Positions 26,629 through 35,280 of a DNA stretch of 64,000 nucleotides are shown in pieces (positions within the stretch are counted from its first letter, which is position 1; the number at the start of each line of letters is the position of its first letter). The notes below the pieces were generated by a model that searched no databases, was not told the DNA's origin, and saw only the letters and a list, made by a program, of their open reading frames with translations. Made by a program: the position numbers and the translations under genes. Origin of the DNA: a virus (taxonomy: Duplodnaviria; Heunggongvirae; Uroviricota; Caudoviricetes); IMG/VR virus record IMGVR_UViG_3300042296_001032. The stretch is one strand, 5' to 3'.

Positions 26629-26646
26629 AAGGCCTTTTATTTATAA

Positions 26647-27435
26647 CTATTTATTTTTCCATTCTTTCCAAGTATCAAAATCTTTTAACTTCTCCATCTC
26701 TTCTTCCATCCATTTAGCTCCTGATATAAACATATCTTTCCAATAACCTGCATCTGATGGTCGATGGTAAGGGTATTTCCTATCTAATACTTTAGTTGCC
26801 GCTTCTTCTAGTGTTTCTTGTTTTAAAGCATTTTCTTTTGCTTCCTTTAGAATTTGAATAGATTCTTTTTCTTCACAGTTATCACATACACCACAAGTAC
26901 ATTCTTGTTTAGGTTCTTCTTGTGGAATGACAGCACTTCTTCTAATGAAATGTGAATCAGGTAAAGTGTCTAAATGCTTTTCTAAATTCGTTTTAGGTTC
27001 TTCTTGTGGAACGATGATTTTATGTAGTTTTTCTATATATTGAGTTGATTTTTTATCAGATGGATGACTAATTTCAATAAATGACTTTATTTTATAGTCA
27101 ATATCAACACTCTCACAACTTGGATTCTTAACAAACCATTCTAAGAACTCATCATCAATAGCTTGAACACCGTTATCTATTAAAAATTGGTCTGTTGTTA
27201 GGATTATTTTACCAAAATTTTCTCCTTTAGGATAATTAATTATTGCTTTTTCAATTAATTCTCTTACAGAATAAAACCAATCTCCTTCTTTAATTTCTTC
27301 GTTAGAAGTGATGTAGATGTTTAATTTTGTTCCACTATACTCTTTACGTGGCGTTTGAATTAAAAGTAATCCTGTATGTTTTTGAACAATGGAATGTTGT
27401 TCCTTATCCGTTGGTATTAAATGTATGTTTTTCAT
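26647..27435 (-). CDS. Hypothetical protein with a C-terminal Cys cluster
   Basis: 262 aa ORF. Confidence 0.5.
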   Translation of the reverse strand: MKNIHLIPTDKEQHSIVQKHTGLLLIQTPRKEYSGTKLNIYITSNEEIKEGDWFYSVRELIEKAIINYPKGENFGKIILTTDQFLIDNGVQAIDDEFLEWFVKNPSCESVDIDYKIKSFIEISHPSDKKSTQYIEKLHKIIVPQEEPKTNLEKHLDTLPDSHFIRRSAVIPQEEPKQECTCGVCDNCEEKESIQILKEAKENALKQETLEEAATKVLDRKYPYHRPSDAGYWKDMFISGAKWMEEEMEKLKDFDTWKEWKNK

Positions 27436-27436
27436 T

Positions 27437-27712
27437 TTATTTAAATTTAAATTTTTTATAGTTAATAAATTTTGGGTGTAGTTCAGAGGTATCCAATTTG
27501 GTTAATCTTTTATGTGCCTCATTTGGTTTAGTAGAAACCATAATAACCTTTGTTTTCCCATTAACATCAGGTTCATCCAAATCAATACCGTACATCCAAA
27601 AACCAAATCTATCAGGCATCGATATATGAGCAAAAGTGCCAGTCATACCATCCCAAACGGAACTTCTTTTACCCTTCTCAATTCTAACCTTAGTACCAAT
27701 TCTATAATACAT
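27437..27712 (-). CDS. Hypothetical protein
   Basis: 91 aa ORF. Confidence 0.4.
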   Translation of the reverse strand: MYYRIGTKVRIEKGKRSSVWDGMTGTFAHISMPDRFGFWMYGIDLDEPDVNGKTKVIMVSTKPNEAHKRLTKLDTSELHPKFINYKKFKFK

Positions 27713-27715
27713 ACC

Positions 27716-28117
27716 TTATTTAATTTTCCATACAAAATAAACACACTTATCAGAACAATCCCAAGTATCCAATAACTTACCACCATCCAATGCGGCAACA
27801 TGTTTGGTAATTCTGATGATATATTTACCGTTAGGGTCCATTTCCACCAATTCCTTAGCTGTCATTCTTTTTTGACCCTTAACTCCAGGGAACGAAATTC
27901 TTTCCCACTTAACACCCAAGTCGTCCAAAGTCTTTGTTACTTGGTCTTCCCAATTACCTTTAGATGATTTTCTAGAGGCTCTCCAACCATGACCATACAT
28001 AAGTTTATGAACCTTAGAATAATTTTCTTTTGTGATATTTGCTACAGCCCTGACCATACAGTCTTTATTACATCTGATATCCTCAATTCCCTTTGGTTGT
28101 GTATACTCAAAAATCAT
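27716..28117 (-). CDS. Hypothetical protein
   Basis: 133 aa ORF. Confidence 0.5.
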   Translation of the reverse strand: MIFEYTQPKGIEDIRCNKDCMVRAVANITKENYSKVHKLMYGHGWRASRKSSKGNWEDQVTKTLDDLGVKWERISFPGVKGQKRMTAKELVEMDPNGKYIIRITKHVAALDGGKLLDTWDCSDKCVYFVWKIK

Positions 28118-28200
28118 AGTCCCTTATTTTATTTCTACAAAGATAAGGAATTATTTTTAAATATCAAAATAAAAATCCCCTTGTCAATACAAAGGGATTG

Positions 28201-28274
28201 TGGTCCTTCACGGGCTCGAACCGTGGACCCACAGATTATGAGTCTGTTGCTCTAACCGACTGAGCTAAAGGACC
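28201..28274 (-). tRNA. tRNA-Met (CAT), elongator type
   Basis: GGTCCTT-TA-GCTC-AGTCGGTTA-GAGC-A-ACAGA-CTCATAA-TCTGT-GGGTC-CACGG-TTCGAGC-CCGTG-AAGGACC-A. All stems close and G1-C72 pairs. CCA is not encoded. Confidence 0.7.
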
Positions 28275-28279
28275 TAAAT

Positions 28280-28360
28280 TAGTCAGGACAGGATTTGAAC
28301 CTACGAGAGTCTTTTCGCCCCACGGGTCTCATTTAGGCGTCACCATTTCGCCACCTGACT
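28280..28360 (-). tRNA. Atypical tRNA-like gene (acceptor AGTCAGG/CCTGACT, D-arm GGCGAAATGGTGACGCC, T-arm GTAGGTTCAAATCCTGT); anticodon arm not resolved
   Basis: Perfect acceptor, D and T arms, but the 31 nt between the D and T arms do not form a canonical anticodon arm. Confidence 0.3.
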
Positions 28361-28365
28361 ATTTT

Positions 28366-28614
28366 TTATTTGATAATTAAACTAAATGGTGTTTTAATAT
28401 GTGTCCCGTCACCATTAACCTCAACTATACCTACTGAAACACCTTCCAATTCATCTGTATAATACATACTTGGTGTACAATAATATTTCCCATTAGACAC
28501 CTGTTCCATTAGTTCTTTCATTTTAAGGAACGACTCAACTAATTCCACAGGGATCTTACTGTCGTAACTATCACCATCATAATTCACCATTTGGTATGTT
28601 TCTTTATTTTCCAT
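28366..28614 (-). CDS. Small hypothetical protein embedded in the tRNA array
   Basis: 82 aa ORF between two tRNA-like genes. Confidence 0.4.
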   Translation of the reverse strand: MENKETYQMVNYDGDSYDSKIPVELVESFLKMKELMEQVSNGKYYCTPSMYYTDELEGVSVGIVEVNGDGTHIKTPFSLIIK

Positions 28615-28631
28615 AATTTTTTATTTTTTTG

Positions 28632-28737
28632 TAGTCAGGACAGGACTTGAACCTGTATGTGTAACTTTCTTGGCCCTTCCCCAATGGCACACTATCCACT
28701 CGTTAATTTAGCGTCTAACCAATTCCGCCACCTGACT
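28632..28737 (-). tRNA. Atypical tRNA-like gene with about 30 nt extra sequence (acceptor AGTCAGG/CCTGACT, D-arm GCGGAATTGGTTAGACGC, T-arm CAGGTTCAAGTCCTG)
   Basis: Shares its acceptor with the 28280-28360 locus. 106 nt is too long for a standard tRNA. Possibly intron-containing. Confidence 0.3.
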
Positions 28738-28952
28738 ATGTTTCCCCACCTGAGATTAATGGTGAGTAGATATTCACAGTTTTTCTATTTCAAAACCCAA
28801 CGTGTCTTACCACTTAAAAGTCAACTCTTACTTGGGGGATAGGAGAGTCTTCCTTCCGATTCCCAACGAGTACCCCTTGACGTGGTGGTACCAGCTCCGT
28901 TAAGTTTTGAGGGATACTTAAAAACCCTACGAGTATCTCTTTCTCGTTTATT

Positions 28953-29558
28953 TTAAATATTTTTGTAGTTTAACAAATATCTTTCTTTCCTTGCTGAATT
29001 CTTATTTTTAGATTTGTATGTGTCTAACTGTGAATCACAATTATGACATATTAATCTTAGATTATCTCTTTTGTTATTACTAGCATCACCGTTTATATGG
29101 TCCATAACAAAAACTAATGGTTTACCGTTCCAAAAATTATCTATTCCACAAATATTACACTTATTATCTTGGTCTATTAAAAAATATTTTTTTAACCATC
29201 GCAAACCTGATGTGGTATTACAATATTTTTCTTGATTGTCTAAGTAATCTTTGTATTTATTTTTATTTTTATGTTCCACATTACAATCAAATGAACAATA
29301 TATTTGTTTATCGTGTGAACTTTTTGTTTCTTTACCACAATTTTTACATATAACTTTTTTACCCATACCTTTATTGTGTGGTATAAAATTTTCAGGAAAA
29401 TTTTTTCTTTTTCTAAGTTTAATCCCTAATCTGCCACACACTTTTTTTATGTATGCGTCACTAACACCATAAATTTTACCAATTTCACGATAACTCTTAC
29501 TCTCAACAAAAATTAACTTCTCAAGTTCTTCTTTATTATATTTTTCCTCAAAATTCAT
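28953..29558 (-). CDS. HNH homing endonuclease with an N-terminal HTH (free-standing, inside the tRNA array)
   Basis: SYREIGKIYGVSDAYIKKV helix-turn-helix. DHINGDASNNKRDNLRLICHNCDSQ HNH motif. Located between tRNA genes. Confidence 0.65.
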   Translation of the reverse strand: MNFEEKYNKEELEKLIFVESKSYREIGKIYGVSDAYIKKVCGRLGIKLRKRKNFPENFIPHNKGMGKKVICKNCGKETKSSHDKQIYCSFDCNVEHKNKNKYKDYLDNQEKYCNTTSGLRWLKKYFLIDQDNKCNICGIDNFWNGKPLVFVMDHINGDASNNKRDNLRLICHNCDSQLDTYKSKNKNSARKERYLLNYKNI

Positions 29559-29624
29559 AATATATTTTATTAATAAATATTTAAGGTTTATTAAAAATCG
29601 AACCTAGTAGTTAATATTTTTTTA

Positions 29625-29697
29625 GTAGTCCCGTCAGGATTCGAACCTGAATCAAAGAGGTAGAAGCTCCTTATGTTAATCCATTACACTACGGGAC
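29625..29697 (-). tRNA. tRNA-Arg (TCT)
   Basis: GGTCCCG-TA-GTGT..ACAT-A-AGGAG-CTTCTAC-CTCTT-TGATT-TCAGG-TTCGAAT-CCTGA-CGGGACT-A. Confidence 0.65.
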
Positions 29698-29781
29698 CCA
29701 AAAATAAAAGAGGTTTCGTCAACGGTGCACTACGACAAGATATTACTAAATTATCTACGTACAAAGTATCCACCTCTTTTG

Positions 29782-29853
29782 TAGTCCTACGGGGAATCGA
29801 ACCCCGCTTTCCAGGATGAAAACCTGACGACCTAACCGATAGTCGATAGGACC
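29782..29853 (-). tRNA. tRNA-Glu (TTC)
   Basis: Acceptor GGTCCTA/TAGGACT. Anticodon arm TCAGG-TTTTCAT-CCTGG. T-arm CGGGG-TTCGATT-CCCCG. Confidence 0.6.
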
Positions 29854-29914
29854 AAATACCACATTATAAAACCATAAAGGTACAACTCTTGTGGTGACGT
29901 TGTTCATTTCACAG

Positions 29915-29997
29915 TACTCGGAGAGGGACTTGAACCCTCACTCCCAATGGGAATTTGATTTTAAGTCAAACGTGTATACCTATTTCACCACCCGAGC
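29915..29997 (-). tRNA. tRNA-Leu (TAA), class II
   Basis: Anticodon arm TTTGA-CTTAAAA-TCAAA. Variable arm TTCCCATTGGGAGTG. T-arm GAGGG-TTCAAGT-CCCTC. Acceptor GCTCGGG/TCCGAGT with terminal G-U pairs. Confidence 0.65.
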
Positions 29998-30832
29998 AAA
30001 TACTCCTTATTCTCATACCCTTTTATTTCGGAGCAAACCTGCTTTACTTAAACGAGTTTTTCAAGGGTACAGGTTCTTTGAGGTTGAGTCCTCTGTGTTG
30101 TAGTGCTTAAAGTCTGTCCACTCTTATTCTTGATTCCTTTCTCAAGGGAACAACACAATGTATTATATATGTGATGCAGTAGTCGACAACCACACTCGTT
30201 TCACCATCTTTTGTCAACAGGCCTATGAACTTAACGAGTTCACCTTTTCTTACCACCACAATATATTTTAAAAAAGAACAAGGTAGGGGTTACGTTCTGT
30301 CTTGCATTCCATCTCAAGAACTGCCTATTACCAGTGGGTTTGTGGTTACCTTGTCCCCGTTTTAATATGTCAAAGAACTTTTTCTTTTTGTCACGGGAGT
30401 AGGACACTCATCTCTAACTTCCTACCCCCGTTGTTTGTCTTACAAATGTAAGTAATCTTTTTTAATCTACCAAATCTTTTTCAAAAAAAAAACCCATCTG
30501 TTTTAAGAGACGGGTTTTAAAATATTATTTAAAAAATAATCATACCATCTCCATTAGACTAAATCTCTCTAATCTTTCTAATAATGATATGATGTTCGTA
30601 TTTTTCATTTTATATTATAAATATAGTTGTATTTCTTAAAAAGTCAAATTTTGTAATTAACAATTATTACCTTTTATATTATTTGGTTAAACAAATTCTT
30701 AATTGTACCATTGCCGCACAAGACCAACCAAGAATGTTTGGTAAAGACCCTAATGGAATGCTAGCACATAAGTTTGCTACAAATATTATTAACAAAAACC
30801 AATCAACTCTTTTCATATTTTCCATAAATTTA

Positions 30833-30991
30833 TTATTTTTTTATAATTTTATAATTATTAATTTCTAACCATCTGAGAAACTCTAATGCTCCCCATTCTT
30901 CAGGGTCTAATTCACCGAGAGGACCATCACCAAATTGGTCAATAAATTCGGGTAGATAATTTTTTTCTAGTTCAATTTCATTATTCCCCAT
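30833..30991 (-). CDS. Small acidic protein (MGNNEIELEKNYLPEFIDQFGDGPLGELDPEEWGALEFLRWLEINNYKIIKK), 52 aa
   Basis: Below the ORF-track cutoff. ATG lies in the second copy of a tandem 10-nt repeat (TTATTCCCCA x2) that also holds the stop of the upstream gene. Confidence 0.3.
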   Translation of the reverse strand: MGNNEIELEKNYLPEFIDQFGDGPLGELDPEEWGALEFLRWLEINNYKIIKK

Positions 30992-31230
30992 TATTCCCCA
31001 ATCTTATCTATGAATGATTGTCTTTTATATTTTAATTTATGTTCAAGTGGCCAAATAACTGTGTATTGATAACTGTTCCAATATTTATCAGGGGCACTAT
31101 TTCTTAATTGTTTTGCAAAATTACTAATCAATTTTTTAACAGTAAATGTCTGTTGGTATGTCTCGCAAGAATCAATTACCTTTTCAATCCATTTTGATAC
31201 GTCTCCGTAATGTGTGCTTCTTTTTTCCAT
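30991..31230 (-). CDS. Hypothetical protein
   Basis: 79 aa ORF. Confidence 0.45.
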   Translation of the reverse strand: MEKRSTHYGDVSKWIEKVIDSCETYQQTFTVKKLISNFAKQLRNSAPDKYWNSYQYTVIWPLEHKLKYKRQSFIDKIGE

Positions 31231-31248
31231 AACACAAATATAATAAAT

Positions 31249-31518
31249 TTATTTAGTTAATTCAATTTCTTTATAACGTTCATTAAGTTCTTTTGAGTTT
31301 ACTCCAAGATATTCTAACTCAACTTCACACCCACAATCATTATTAAATCTTAGTGTATCAATAATTAAAATTTTACTACCACTAACCTTATGTGTTACAA
31401 AATCACCGTTTTTGAATTTAAACTTTTGTTTGTAATATTCTTCGTCACTACAACCACATCCTGTTAGAAATAGGATGGTAACAAGTACTGTCACCATCCC
31501 AATAAATCCATTCTTCAT
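31249..31518 (-). CDS. Small lipoprotein (MKNGFIGMVTVLVTILFLTGC...)
   Basis: Start at the internal Met gives a signal peptide plus LTGC lipobox and removes the overlap with the SPFH gene. Confidence 0.5.
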   Translation of the reverse strand: MKNGFIGMVTVLVTILFLTGCGCSDEEYYKQKFKFKNGDFVTHKVSGSKILIIDTLRFNNDCGCEVELEYLGVNSKELNERYKEIELTK

Positions 31519-32468
31519 TATTTGTTTAGGTTTAAAAACAATCCTGAACCACCTGCTACCGTTGTTGGTAATTTTCCATCCCAAGCAGACGCCTTTAAGT
31601 ACTCAATATACATAGGTGTTAATTGAGTTTGTTTAATCTTAATTGAAAGTGCTGACGCATTTGCGTTGATTATAGTTTCAGCAGAATCCGCTCTTGCTAC
31701 GGCTACTTTACGTCTTCCTTCAGAGATTGCTGCGATAGCTTGTTGTTCAGAGGCTTCAGCTTGTTGGATAGCCTTTGTTTTAGCGATAATTGACTCTTGT
31801 AATGCCTCAGGTGGTGTGATATTAGTTCTCAACTGAGATACGTTAAACCATTTAGATAACCTAACATTACATTCTGCAACAATTGCTGATTCAAATGCTT
31901 GTCGGTGATTAAAAATACTATCTACCTCCCATGTGTTAGCTACGTCATTTACTGCCCCAATAATAGCGTTTTTCAACCAACCCTTTTCAATTTCACTAAT
32001 AGATAATCTTAAATTAACAAACATATCACCAATAGCATCCTCACGTAGAGAATAGTTAAATGTTGGTTTAATGGTTGCTGAGAATCCACCTTTAAGGATT
32101 ACACCTTGGTCTTCATACTCAATGTGTTGTTGGTATGTTGGAAACTCCAATACTTGTTCTGTCCAAGTGTTATAAAGTACCCAACCAGTTTTATACTGAT
32201 AACTTGATACACCTCGTTGGTCTCCGACCAAATTAATCTTTAATCCTTTGTGACCTGCGTCAACTTTTTCAATCGCAAACGGTTGGGTCATTGAAATAAC
32301 GATACCTACAACAAAAATACCAATCGGTTTAATGAGCCAAGATGGGTTGAATCGTTTACTATCATGACCGTAATGGTTTTGGGTTACCGTAAACATACTA
32401 CCTCTTGTTTTTAGAACGGTAAGGATAACCGCAATTAAACATACTACAAAAATTACTGTACTAATCAT
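31518..32468 (-). CDS. SPFH / band-7 (prohibitin / HflKC-like) membrane protein
   Basis: N-terminal TM helix. PPEALQESIIAKTKAIQQAEA...EGRRKVAVARADSAE is the typical SPFH coiled-coil signature. Confidence 0.75.
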   Translation of the reverse strand: MISTVIFVVCLIAVILTVLKTRGSMFTVTQNHYGHDSKRFNPSWLIKPIGIFVVGIVISMTQPFAIEKVDAGHKGLKINLVGDQRGVSSYQYKTGWVLYNTWTEQVLEFPTYQQHIEYEDQGVILKGGFSATIKPTFNYSLREDAIGDMFVNLRLSISEIEKGWLKNAIIGAVNDVANTWEVDSIFNHRQAFESAIVAECNVRLSKWFNVSQLRTNITPPEALQESIIAKTKAIQQAEASEQQAIAAISEGRRKVAVARADSAETIINANASALSIKIKQTQLTPMYIEYLKASAWDGKLPTTVAGGSGLFLNLNK

Positions 32469-32656
32469 TTTTCTTCTTTTTTATTATTTAAAACTTTGAT
32501 GGTTTCGTTTCCTACTAATCCTACGAGTGCAACCATTCCAACGAAACCTAAAAGTTGGATGAACCCGTTTACTTCTCTACTTACAAGGTAATCCCCGTAA
32601 TAAGTTGTGATAACAATAAATGCTAACCACATTAAAAACAATTTAAAATATTCCAT
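32465..32656 (-). CDS. Small two-TM membrane protein (NfeD-like partner of the SPFH protein?)
   Basis: 63 aa, hydrophobic. ATGA overlap with the SPFH gene. Confidence 0.45.
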   Translation of the reverse strand: MEYFKLFLMWLAFIVITTYYGDYLVSREVNGFIQLLGFVGMVALVGLVGNETIKVLNNKKEEK

Positions 32657-32700
32657 AACACAAATATATAGTTATTTTTTTAATTAAACAATATAAAAAC

Positions 32701-32728
32701 AAAAAACCCCTAACATTTCTGAAAGGGG
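32701..32728 (-). terminator. Terminator CCCCT-aacatttctgaa-AGGGG with T6 on the minus strand
   Basis: Stem plus T-run downstream of the ferritin-like gene. Confidence 0.5.
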
Positions 32729-32751
32729 TCCTTATTCGATGATACAATTAC

Positions 32752-33372
32752 TTAAAAATAAGTTTGTTCAAAATAAAGTATTTGGAATTTATCCCCTTTA
32801 TCAATCAAATTGGATGCGTTAATCAAATCATTGTATTCAATTACAGCTCCTTTTTGGATTTCTCTAAATTCAGTTAAAAAATCAAATGTTGTGATATCAT
32901 CAGAAAAAACATCCTGAGAATCTTTATTATAATCTTTCATTAAAGCCAACTCCATAGTGTAAGCTCCATAAACAACATCAAGTAAATTACCAAAAGTGTG
33001 TTTTGTTTCTGTTTTTTCTATTTCAGGTAAAATATTAAAACCTGTCATATACTCTTGTAGTTTTTGAGCGTGTTCTAACTCATCGTCAGCCTCATTTTTA
33101 AAGAACTCAGCAGCTTTCTTATAATTCATATCCTGACACCAGTTAGTAGCCGCTCTATAATAGTAATGAGCTGTATACTCATCTTTAATTCTATTATTAA
33201 GAATTTCTATAACCTTACTACTTAATTTATAAAGTTCAGGTTCACCTTTTGTTTCAGTTTTCTTTTCTTCAGTATCTTTGTTTTCTTCTTCCTCTTCTTG
33301 TTCACGAATTCTACTCTTTCTAAGAATTTCATCAACAATAGCTGAAGTACTTCTATTAATATTTCTACTCAT
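32752..33372 (-). CDS. Ferritin-like diiron protein with an acidic, K/E-rich N-terminal extension
   Basis: EYTAHYYYRAATNWCQD...EADDELEHAQKL...EL matches the ferritin E/ExxH ligand pattern. Confidence 0.6.
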   Translation of the reverse strand: MSRNINRSTSAIVDEILRKSRIREQEEEEENKDTEEKKTETKGEPELYKLSSKVIEILNNRIKDEYTAHYYYRAATNWCQDMNYKKAAEFFKNEADDELEHAQKLQEYMTGFNILPEIEKTETKHTFGNLLDVVYGAYTMELALMKDYNKDSQDVFSDDITTFDFLTEFREIQKGAVIEYNDLINASNLIDKGDKFQILYFEQTYF

Positions 33373-33425
33373 AACTAATTAATTTGTTAATTATAAATAT
33401 CCTATAAAAGAAATAAAAACACTAA

Positions 33426-33713
33426 TTAACCAAGTTGTAGGTCAGAAAATTTTAATCCCCACATCATACCTACCCATAACATTTCTTTTTCTGCTTGTTT
33501 TGCATACATACGAAGGTTCTTTTGGAGATATTTTTTACCCCATTTTTTCCATTCGTCGTATTGAGCTTCAGTCATGGTCCATTGGGCGTACCAATTATCC
33601 TTACGGTCCTTGATATCGTCATAAGTTACCTCATGACCTGCTATCTTAAACATTTCATTAATAATGTCGACAACAGCTTTGTTCATTTTTTCTTCTCTAC
33701 TTAATCTAGCCAT
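33426..33713 (-). CDS. Hypothetical protein
   Basis: 95 aa ORF. Confidence 0.45.
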   Translation of the reverse strand: MARLSREEKMNKAVVDIINEMFKIAGHEVTYDDIKDRKDNWYAQWTMTEAQYDEWKKWGKKYLQKNLRMYAKQAEKEMLWVGMMWGLKFSDLQLG

Positions 33714-33714
33714 A

Positions 33715-34290
33715 TTACATTAAAAATTTTAAGATTTTTTCTTTAATCCCTGATTGTTTAATTCCCTGTGTTGATTTTGGTGTTAGGACAAAGTTAGTTA
33801 ACCCACTATTAGGATTACCAGAGATTGACCCAAACTTTTCTGACATATCTAAATCATCAACTGCAACCCAATGAGTTACTTCAGGATGTTGCGATAACCA
33901 ATGTTTGATTTCTGCTTGTCTCTCATACTCAAGTTTGGCGTAGTTTCTCAATCTTTGCCATTCTCTTGGGTAGATATCTTTAAACATGTCAGTAACCCCA
34001 ATAGGTCTTTTGATAATTCCTTGACTTTGATAGTAGTCCCCAAGTTCCTCAAGAGAAGCTTGGTATCTCCAATCAGAAGATACCACAATCTCAGCTCCTG
34101 TTTGTTCAAGGATGGTATTTAAAACTTTAATTGCTTTCACATCAAAGTTATCTAATCTACAATCAATTGGTCTATCATCAAATTTAACATCAGGATTTTT
34201 AGAATGATATTTTTTAAATTTTTTCATTCTACTACCCCAATTATCTGCCAAACAGATTACACCATCATTATCAAGAAAAATTACTTTCAT
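33715..34290 (-). CDS. HAD-superfamily hydrolase-like protein (MKVIFLDNDGVI)
   Basis: DxDGV motif I and later acidic DD motifs. Start moved to the internal Met. Confidence 0.45.
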   Translation of the reverse strand: MKVIFLDNDGVICLADNWGSRMKKFKKYHSKNPDVKFDDRPIDCRLDNFDVKAIKVLNTILEQTGAEIVVSSDWRYQASLEELGDYYQSQGIIKRPIGVTDMFKDIYPREWQRLRNYAKLEYERQAEIKHWLSQHPEVTHWVAVDDLDMSEKFGSISGNPNSGLTNFVLTPKSTQGIKQSGIKEKILKFLM

Positions 34291-34291
34291 A

Positions 34292-34681
34292 TTAACTTTT
34301 AATTTCTGTTTCACAATTATCACGCCAATCACTATGACCAACGTTCAAAGGCATACACTTTTCATCAGATTCAAAAATTAACATTAATTCAATTTCGTCA
34401 TCGTCCAAATGAAATTTGAAGTCTTTACCTTTCAAATATTCTATCTTGTCCCTTCCGTTTGTGAAGGTAATATTTTTTTCATCAATACCACATTCTTGAG
34501 CAACATTAAATAGATTTTTATTTTGGTCCAATATCCACCACCAACCAGCTTCTTTGGCTGCTTTATCACTATGTCTACTAGTAACAATGTGGACATCTAA
34601 ACCCCTACTCACCAAATCTTTGGCGTATTCTTGGACACTCTTAAGAGAAAGCGTACCATCAAAATCAAATGAAACTTTCAT
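34292..34681 (-). CDS. HAD-superfamily phosphatase (MKVSFDFDGTLS)
   Basis: DxDGT motif I, T/S motif II, C-terminal DD motif. Confidence 0.5.
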   Translation of the reverse strand: MKVSFDFDGTLSLKSVQEYAKDLVSRGLDVHIVTSRHSDKAAKEAGWWWILDQNKNLFNVAQECGIDEKNITFTNGRDKIEYLKGKDFKFHLDDDEIELMLIFESDEKCMPLNVGHSDWRDNCETEIKS

Positions 34682-34801
34682 TATTTTAATTTTAATCCTA
34701 TTAATAATCTAACCCTTCTCTTGAATCTAATTCTAAGATAACGGTCAACAACTTTTTTAATATCTTTTTTTTGTTGTTTTGTTAATTCTGGTCCCTCAGT
34801 A

Positions 34802-35263
34802 TCATACATAATACTCAATTTTAACTCTTATACAATCTTGTGATTTACCTTCATTCATTAAAAAGTTATTGATATAACCCATGATATTAGCTGAACCTAT
34901 TGGGTTAGCTGAATGAACCACAACTTTAGGGAAATAAAAATTTTTATCCCTTTTTTTCTCAGACCTACTCATGTTGATTCTATGTTCATTCAAAGAATAA
35001 AACAAATTAACTAACCATTTAACCGCGTCGTAACCAGTTTTTTCTTCTATGTTCTCATAATCTAATTTGTAGTTAGGTGAAACATTGTTATAATACTCAT
35101 TCATAGCAGTATCACCCAAGTCATGGTCTAATGAAATTAATTCGATGTTATTCAAACCAACTTTATTTATTAAGTCTACAAATTCATAAAAACTCCTAAC
35201 AACCAACCAATCTTTGTCATTAGGAGTTCTTATGTCATCCAAATATATTTTTACTTTATTCAT
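34802..35263 (-). CDS. Hypothetical protein
   Basis: 153 aa ORF. Confidence 0.5.
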   Translation of the reverse strand: MNKVKIYLDDIRTPNDKDWLVVRSFYEFVDLINKVGLNNIELISLDHDLGDTAMNEYYNNVSPNYKLDYENIEEKTGYDAVKWLVNLFYSLNEHRINMSRSEKKRDKNFYFPKVVVHSANPIGSANIMGYINNFLMNEGKSQDCIRVKIEYYV

Positions 35264-35280
35264 ACCACAAAGATAACCTA

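Noticed and set aside
28657-30103. ORFs 28657..28842 and 29891..30103 on the plus strand
   Set aside because: They are antisense read-through of tRNA-like loci (28632-28737) and tRNA-Leu(TAA).
30683-30868. Plus-strand ORF 30683..30868
   Set aside because: It starts with TTG, is antisense to two tightly coupled small minus-strand ORFs, and has a low-complexity hydrophobic tail.
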